Of a DNA stretch of 54,565 nt, positions 19,316 through 25,206 are shown in pieces. Source of the DNA: an uncultured Rhodospirillales bacterium (GTDB taxonomy: Bacteria; Pseudomonadota; Alphaproteobacteria; Acetobacterales; Acetobacteraceae); contig CAMFLK010000001.1 of the NCBI GenBank assembly GCA_945957135.1, positions 1-54,565 of the forward strand, written 5' to 3'. The translations under genes and the position numbers were made by a program. Each line of letters begins with the position of its first letter. The first letter of the stretch is position 1. Below the pieces are notes generated by a model. The model ran no database searches and was not told where the DNA came from. It worked only from the letters and a program-made list of their open reading frames with translations.

Positions 19316-21469
19316 ATGAATGGAAGTGGAAGCATCGTGTCCAACGTCACGTATCTGGAAGCGCTCTATCGGCCCAGGCACATCCTGATTGCTGGGTTTT
19401 CGTCGGACCCGAAGAAGGCTGGCGTCCGCTTTCTCGAGGGGCTCAAGGCGCAGGGGTTTGGCGGCACGATCTCGCTTCTGGGGCGCTCCGCGGGCACCCA
19501 CGAGACACATCGAATCTACGCCAGTGCTGATGAACTGCCGGGAGATATCGACCTCGTCTTCAATATGTATCCGGCCAGCGCCACGCCGGACATCCTGCCG
19601 CGGATCGCCGCGCGTGGGGCCAAGGTGGCAGTCGTCTTCACCTCGGGCTTCGCCGAACAGGGAGGCGAGGCTGGGGAAGCGCAGAAGAGAATGGTCGCGG
19701 CGTGCCGTGCGAACGGCATGCGTCTCGTCGGGCCGAATTGTCCGGGCTATTTTTACCTCCCCGCGCATGTCAACCTGACATCCCAGGCCGGCCTTCCCTT
19801 GGGCCCGCTCGCGCTGGTCTCCCAAAGCGGGAACGTGGGCATTACGCTTTGGGATCAGTCGCGGATGCTGGATATCGGATGGTCCGCCTTCGTCGGCGTT
19901 GGCAACCAATCGGATATACCGCTCTATGACCATATCGACTATCTCGGCGATGATCCGAACACCAAGGTGATCGCCCTGTATCTGGAAGGTCTTCCCGAAG
20001 GGCAAGGCAGGGCCTTCCGAGATGCGTGCCGGCGCGTCAGCCGAAAGAAGCCGATCGTCGCGTTGAAGGGCGGACGCACCGCGGCGGGCAGGCGGGCCGC
20101 CCAATCCCACACGGCCTCGCTCTCTTCCGAATCCCAGGTTTATTCCGCGTTGTTTGCCGAAAGCGGGATCGTCGAAGTCAAGCATCTGGAGCATCTTCTT
20201 CCGATCGCCGAAGTGCTCTATCGCTGCCCGCCCATGAAGGGTGACCGCGTCGCGATCGTGGGCTCCGGAGGTGGGCACTCGACCATTGGAACCGACGAGG
20301 TGGAGCTGGCCGGGTTGGAAGTCCCGGAATTTTCAGCCCGGCTTCAACAGGCTGTCGCGACGCGGCTGCCGGCCTATGCGCCGCGGCGCAATCCGATCGA
20401 CATGACCGGAGGGTTCACGAAAGACCCGAGCCTGTTCGCGCAGTTCACCCAAATGGTGGTCGATCACGATGAATCTTACCATGGATTTCTCAATTACGGG
20501 CTGTATGGCTTGTACCGGCAAGGCAAGCTGGACGATGGGCATGTGCACACCTATGAAAGTGCCGCGCCCGTGCTCGGTGCGATCCAGGACAGAACCGGCC
20601 TGCCGATCATCTTCTACTCGCCCTACGCATATCAGCAGCATACGTCATTCACGGCGCTGCGCGATGCCGGCATTCCCTGCTACCCGGACCTGAATCTCGC
20701 GGCGCTCGGCCTTGCGGCTCTTCGAGAGCGCGCGATCCATCTCATGAGGGAGCCGATGCAGGCCGAGCGGGTCCTCTCGCCAGACATCCCGTTTGGCCCG
20801 AAACGGCCGGGCACCGAAGCGGATGCCGCGCGGGTCCTTGCGAATGTCGGCGTCAAGTTTCCCAGGATGATGTTGGCAGATTCGGCCGAGGACGCCGTTC
20901 GATCCGCCGAGAGCATTGGCTTCCCGGTTGTTCTGAAAGGCGTGGTGCCGGGATTGCAGCACAAATCCGACCTTGGCGCGGTGAAGATCGGTTTGTCCGA
21001 CGCCAGAATGGTCGAACAGGCGGCGCGGGACATCCTGCATGGCGTGTCGATCCATGTCGGCCCGAAAGGGCTTTCGGGATATCTCGTCGCGCAGGATGTC
21101 GGTCGCGGGCGGGAGTTCTTCGTCGGCGTAAGGCGGGATTTTACCTGTGGGGCGATCGGCGTGCTGGGCGTTGGTGGCGTCTATGCGGAGGCGATCGGGG
21201 ACACGAATGTCTGCATGCTGCCCGCCTCTCCATTGTCCGTGGAACTGTGCCTGAACAAGCTTCGCAGCAAGCATATGTGGCTGGAATTTCGCGGAGAGCC
21301 CGCCCTTGATCATGGGCAGGTCGCAGATCTTCTCAATCGCCTGGCAAATGCCCTTGAAGCGCATCCCGGCTGCACGGCAATCGAATGCAATCCCGTGATG
21401 GTGGTTGGAAGCGAGCTCATGGCCGTCGATGCCGCGTTCTACTACGACGAAGAGCGACCGGGGGCCTAG
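19316..21469 (+). CDS. ADP-forming (NDP-forming) acyl-CoA synthetase, fused alpha/beta type (acetate--CoA ligase family)
   Basis: CoA-binding N-domain (RHILIAGFSSDPKKAG), phosphohistidine loop AQSHTASL, C-terminal ATP-grasp domain. A GTG at 19295 is an alternative start. Confidence 0.85.
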   Translation: MNGSGSIVSNVTYLEALYRPRHILIAGFSSDPKKAGVRFLEGLKAQGFGGTISLLGRSAGTHETHRIYASADELPGDIDLVFNMYPASATPDILPRIAARGAKVAVVFTSGFAEQGGEAGEAQKRMVAACRANGMRLVGPNCPGYFYLPAHVNLTSQAGLPLGPLALVSQSGNVGITLWDQSRMLDIGWSAFVGVGNQSDIPLYDHIDYLGDDPNTKVIALYLEGLPEGQGRAFRDACRRVSRKKPIVALKGGRTAAGRRAAQSHTASLSSESQVYSALFAESGIVEVKHLEHLLPIAEVLYRCPPMKGDRVAIVGSGGGHSTIGTDEVELAGLEVPEFSARLQQAVATRLPAYAPRRNPIDMTGGFTKDPSLFAQFTQMVVDHDESYHGFLNYGLYGLYRQGKLDDGHVHTYESAAPVLGAIQDRTGLPIIFYSPYAYQQHTSFTALRDAGIPCYPDLNLAALGLAALRERAIHLMREPMQAERVLSPDIPFGPKRPGTEADAARVLANVGVKFPRMMLADSAEDAVRSAESIGFPVVLKGVVPGLQHKSDLGAVKIGLSDARMVEQAARDILHGVSIHVGPKGLSGYLVAQDVGRGREFFVGVRRDFTCGAIGVLGVGGVYAEAIGDTNVCMLPASPLSVELCLNKLRSKHMWLEFRGEPALDHGQVADLLNRLANALEAHPGCTAIECNPVMVVGSELMAVDAAFYYDEERPGA

Positions 21470-21514
21470 GGCAAGCGCCAAGAGCATGGCCCGCTGACAG
21501 AGGGGAAGAGCCGG

Positions 21515-22267
21515 ATGGGCGAGATCATATCGGAGCGTATTGGCAATGTGATGGTTGTCACGATCGCCAATGAGGCAAAGAGAAACGCGCTGGACATTTC
21601 GATGGAGCGGCCGTTCCTTGACTGCCTTGTCGAGGCGGACAATGACGAGTCGATCCGCGTTGTGGTGATCACCGGCGCCGGCGAGATGGCCTTTTGCAGT
21701 GGCCATGACCTGAAGGAGATCGGGCGGCCGGGCCTTACCTTCATGAAGCCTGACCCGATGGGTCATCCGGATCTGATGAAGAAGCCCGTCATCGCGGCGA
21801 TCAACGGCCATTGCCATGCCGCCGGCTTGATGATGGCGCTTTGTTGCGATCTGCGCGTCGCCAGTGAGAATGCCGTGTTCGGGCAGCCTGCCGCACGGTT
21901 GGGAGACTTGCCCATGGGCGGGCAAATCTGGCGGCTGTCGTCGGCCATGCCGCGGGTCCGCGCGACGGAGATGATGTTGACGGCGGAGCATCTTTCCGCC
22001 CAGGACGCGTTCGACTGGGGATTGGTCAACCGGTTGGTGCCGAAAGGCAAGGCCCGCGAGGTCGCGTTGGAACTTGCCGGGAAAATCGCGCGGAACTCCG
22101 CCGCGACCGTTCAGGCCATCAAGGCGGGCCAGAAGATATACGAACGACAAGGGCTGGACGCGTTCGACAGGTTCCAGGCGGAGACGTACGAAAAGCTGAA
22201 GCAGAGGCCCGAGAGAACGGAAGGGATCAGCGCCTTCGCAGAAAAGCGAAGCCCGAAATTCGGATAG
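21515..22267 (+). CDS. Crotonase-fold (enoyl-CoA hydratase/isomerase superfamily) protein, copy 1, non-canonical active site
   Basis: Oxyanion-hole segments AFCSGHDL and AAINGHCHAAGLMMALCCD. Aligns unambiguously to rat ECH, but Met106 and Ala126 replace the two catalytic Glu residues. Confidence 0.85.
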   Translation: MGEIISERIGNVMVVTIANEAKRNALDISMERPFLDCLVEADNDESIRVVVITGAGEMAFCSGHDLKEIGRPGLTFMKPDPMGHPDLMKKPVIAAINGHCHAAGLMMALCCDLRVASENAVFGQPAARLGDLPMGGQIWRLSSAMPRVRATEMMLTAEHLSAQDAFDWGLVNRLVPKGKAREVALELAGKIARNSAATVQAIKAGQKIYERQGLDAFDRFQAETYEKLKQRPERTEGISAFAEKRSPKFG

Positions 22268-22900
22268 GCGACCACGGTCATGGGCGAGATCATATCGGAG
22301 CGTATTGGCGGCGTGATGGTTGTCACGATCGCCAATGAAGCCAAGAGAAACGCGCTGGACGTTTCGATGGAGCGGCCGTTCCTTGACTGCCTTGTCGAGG
22401 CGGACAGTGACGAGTCGATCCGCGTTGTGGTGATCACCGGCGCCGGCGAGATGGCCTTTTGCAGTGGCCATGACCTGAAGGAGATCGGGCGGCCGGGCCT
22501 TACCTTCATGAAGCCTGACCCGATGGGTCATCCGGATCTGATGAAGAAGCCCGTCATCGCGGCGATCAACGGCCATTGCCATGCCGCCGGCTTGATGATG
22601 GCGCTTTGTTGCGATCTGCGCGTCGCCAGTGAGAATGCCGTGTTCGGGCAGCCTGCCGCACGGTTGGGAGACTTGCCCATGGGCGGGCAAATCTGGCGGC
22701 TGTCGTCGGCCATGCCGCGGGTCCGCGCGACGGAGATGATGTTGACGGCGGAGCATCTTTCCGCCCAGGACGCGTTCGACTGGGGATTGGTCAACCGGTT
22801 GGTGCCGAAAGGCAAGGCCCGCGAGGTCGCGTTGGAACTTGCCGGGAAAATCGCGCGGAACTCCGCCGCGACCGTTCAGGCCATCAAGGCGGGCCAGAAG
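21515..22900 (+). repeat. Tandem direct duplication (2 x 621 bp nearly identical, period 765 bp)
   Basis: 21515-22135 versus 22280-22900 differ at only a handful of positions, all within the first ~130 nt. Identity ends abruptly after GGCCAGAAG. Confidence 0.9.
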
Positions 22901-22996
22901 GTCCGCGATCGGCACGGGTTGAGTGCCTATCGTGAATTCGAGGCCGGGACCCATGAAATGCTGAGGAAAATGGTGGAGGGAAGCGGGGATCGTTGA
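22280..22996 (+). CDS. Crotonase-fold protein, copy 2 (near-identical first 207 codons, divergent C-terminus)
   Basis: Same motifs as copy 1. The DNA is nearly identical to 21515-22135 at an offset of 765 nt. The last ~31 codons differ. Confidence 0.85.
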   Translation: MGEIISERIGGVMVVTIANEAKRNALDVSMERPFLDCLVEADSDESIRVVVITGAGEMAFCSGHDLKEIGRPGLTFMKPDPMGHPDLMKKPVIAAINGHCHAAGLMMALCCDLRVASENAVFGQPAARLGDLPMGGQIWRLSSAMPRVRATEMMLTAEHLSAQDAFDWGLVNRLVPKGKAREVALELAGKIARNSAATVQAIKAGQKVRDRHGLSAYREFEAGTHEMLRKMVEGSGDR

Positions 22997-23170
22997 GTTT
23001 TCGGAGCGGCGGCGTCCGGACTCTGGGTGACGGGTCGCCGGGTGACTGATGGCATCGGCAGGCAGAGCGCGGCGCTTCATCGAGCATATCGTCAGCGCCC
23101 CCTCCGACAGCGACGAGGACCCGGCGTGCATCGACATCATCGGGGATTTCCCTGCCTGCCGGCGCGCGCC

Positions 23171-23198
23171 ACCGCCCCCGCCCCCCCCCGCCCCCCCC
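23171..23198. repeat. Homopolymeric C tracts (C5-G-C9-G-C8); G-rich on the minus strand
   Basis: ACCGCCCCCGCCCCCCCCCGCCCCCCCC read directly. Lies in the 312-nt spacer between crotonase copy 2 and the CMD-domain gene. Confidence 0.9.
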
Positions 23199-23308
23199 AG
23201 GCCGAGCGCCGCGGCCACCATCAATCTTTTCAATGCTCTCATCAGTTCGGTAAAATGGGATCCGGGGGCACGCCCCTGGCCTTTCTTCTCAACTTCCAAG
23301 GACCCACC

Positions 23309-23890
23309 ATGTCGGATGATGTGATAGACCGGCTTGCCGGCATCGCGCCCGGTTCGCCGTTGGACACCGTGCGGGCCCGGCGATCGGAAGCGCGGAGCCA
23401 GGCGCAGGCGAGTTATGAGGCCTTGTTCGCGCCGGTGGAGCCGGGGGGTGTGGCGGCGGCGGAGCGGTTTGCCCTGGCGGGGTTTGTCGCCGCGGTGCAT
23501 GGGCAGCCGGAGATCGCGGCGCATTATCTCGATCAATTGGCGGACAAGGCGTTGGCGGATGTGGTGCGCGAAGCGGCTGCGGATGCGGCGGAGCGGGGGC
23601 CGTATGGGCATTTCCCGGCGGGGCCGTTGAGTCGCGAGGATGCGCCGGGGCCGAGCTGGCATCCGTCGGAGGCGGTGGCGGCGGTGTTGGGCCGGCGCGT
23701 CGCGGCGGGTGCCGTGCATGCGCATATGCTGGTGTTCCATCCGCGCGATTCGGCGCCGGCGCCGTTGCAGGCCTTGTTGGATGCGGGGTGGACGACGACG
23801 GACATCGTCACCCTGTCGCAGCTGGTCGCGTTCCTGTCGTTTCAAATCCGGGTGGTGGCGGGGCTGCGTGTCTTCGCCGCCGCGATGTGA
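23309..23890 (+). CDS. CMD (carboxymuconolactone decarboxylase-like) domain protein, non-CxxC partner subunit
   Basis: ATG at 23309 preceded by AAGGA (MSDDVIDRLAGIAPGSPLD). AhpD/CMD-like helical protein without a CxxC motif. Resembles the Avi_7170-type family as I recall it. Confidence 0.7.
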   Translation: MSDDVIDRLAGIAPGSPLDTVRARRSEARSQAQASYEALFAPVEPGGVAAAERFALAGFVAAVHGQPEIAAHYLDQLADKALADVVREAAADAAERGPYGHFPAGPLSREDAPGPSWHPSEAVAAVLGRRVAAGAVHAHMLVFHPRDSAPAPLQALLDAGWTTTDIVTLSQLVAFLSFQIRVVAGLRVFAAAM

Positions 23891-23900
23891 GGTGCCTGCC

Positions 23901-24500
23901 ATGACCGAGTCTGTCCTGACCCCTCCGCCGCATACCGTGCCCGTGGTGTTCACGCGGGAGATGCTGGATTGGCTGCCGTGGCTGGCGCCGGTGCCGGAGG
24001 AGGAGCTGACCCAGCGCCAGCGCGATGGGCTGAAGGATCCGTCGCGGGCCAAGTCGCCCTATTTCCGGCTGCTGGCGCGCGACCCGGACGTGCTGGCGGC
24101 GCGCACCCGCACCGACAAGGACATTTTCTACAACACTGATGGCGGGTTGCCGCGCGCGGAGCGGGAGCTGGCGGCGGCGGCGGCCTCGCGGGTGAACGGG
24201 TGCATCTACTGCGCCTCCGTGCATGCGCGGTTCGCCGTGACCTATTCCAAGCGCGAGGCGGATGTGGACCGGCTGCTGGCCGAGGGCGTGGGCACCGCGC
24301 TCGATCCGCGCTGGGATGCGCTGGTGGCGGCGGCCGCGGCCTTGACCGTCACGCCGATCGCGTTCGGGCCGGCGCATGTGGCGAAGCTGCGCGAGGTGGG
24401 GCTGGACGACTACGCGATCGTCGATCTCATCAATTCCGCAGCCTTCTTCAACTGGGCGAACCGGCTGATGCTGTCCTTGGGCGAGCCGGCTTCGCCCTGA
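23901..24500 (+). CDS. AhpD-like alkylhydroperoxidase-domain protein (peroxidase-related enzyme)
   Basis: ATG at 23901 (MTESVLTPPPH). CIYCASVH matches the AhpD CxxCxxxH motif. Resembles the Avi_7169-type family as I recall it. Confidence 0.75.
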   Translation: MTESVLTPPPHTVPVVFTREMLDWLPWLAPVPEEELTQRQRDGLKDPSRAKSPYFRLLARDPDVLAARTRTDKDIFYNTDGGLPRAERELAAAAASRVNGCIYCASVHARFAVTYSKREADVDRLLAEGVGTALDPRWDALVAAAAALTVTPIAFGPAHVAKLREVGLDDYAIVDLINSAAFFNWANRLMLSLGEPASP

Positions 24501-25205
24501 TCAGCACCCCAACTGGGTGGCCAGGTCCATGATGTCCGAGGCCACCACGTCCCAATCCGAATCGGCGGCGTAATCGCGCACCTGGCGCGGGCCGTATTCG
24601 GTGGGGCGGGGGAAGAAGGCGGTGCGCAGGCCGCAGCGCCGGGCGGCGGCGAGATCGCCGTTATGGGCGGCGGCCATCATCACCTCGGCGGGTTCCAGGC
24701 CGAGCAGGCTGGCGGCGCCGAGATAGGTCTCGGGGTCCGGCTTGTAGTGGTGGAACAGCTCCGCGGCGCAGATCATGTCCCAGGGCAGGCCGGCCGATTT
24801 CGCCATGTTCAGCAGCAGCGCGACGTTGCCGTTGGAGAGCGGGCCGATGATGAAGCGCCGCTTGAGCCGCGTGAGGCCGGGCACGGAATCGGGCCAGGGG
24901 CGCAGCCGGTGCCAGGCGAGGGTGAGATGCCCGCGCGCGGCCTCGTCCAGCGCGTCCAGCCCGAAGCGCGGCAGCAGCGTGTCGAGGCTGGCGCGGTGCA
25001 GGTCGTCGAGCTTGGTCCAGGGCAGGTCGCCGCGCCGGACGCGGTCCATCGAGGGGCCGTAGGCGGCGCGCCAGTCGTCCACCAGCCCGGCCCAGTCGGC
25101 GGCCAGGCCGCGCGCCGCGCCCCAGTCGCCGAGTTCGGCGATCAGGCTGCCGCGCCAGTCCACGACCGTGCCGAACGTGTCGAACAGGATGGCCTTGATG
25201 GTCAT
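24501..25205 (-). CDS. HAD-superfamily hydrolase, haloacid dehalogenase type II-like
   Basis: N-terminal nucleophile motif ILFDTFGTVVDW. GPLSNGN, the YKPDPETY lysine motif and the AAHNGDL acidic motif follow. Starts 1 nt after the stop of the AsmA-like gene. Confidence 0.8.
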   Translation of the reverse strand: MTIKAILFDTFGTVVDWRGSLIAELGDWGAARGLAADWAGLVDDWRAAYGPSMDRVRRGDLPWTKLDDLHRASLDTLLPRFGLDALDEAARGHLTLAWHRLRPWPDSVPGLTRLKRRFIIGPLSNGNVALLLNMAKSAGLPWDMICAAELFHHYKPDPETYLGAASLLGLEPAEVMMAAAHNGDLAAARRCGLRTAFFPRPTEYGPRQVRDYAADSDWDVVASDIMDLATQLGC

Positions 25206-25206
25206 G

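Noticed and set aside
23049-23324. 91-aa ORF with a polyproline run (..RRAPPPPPPPAPPRPS..) spanning the C-tracts
   Set aside because: The polyproline is just the translation of the homopolymeric C runs. There is no ribosome-binding site, no GC3 bias and no recognisable domain. It is treated as intergenic.
20645-24052. 1135-aa ORF on the minus strand, the longest in the window, with an internally repeated segment
   Set aside because: It runs antisense to four well-supported plus-strand genes. Its internal repeat simply mirrors the crotonase duplication. The translation is Arg/Gly/His/Pro-rich low complexity with no recognisable domain. This is a typical shadow ORF of high-GC DNA.
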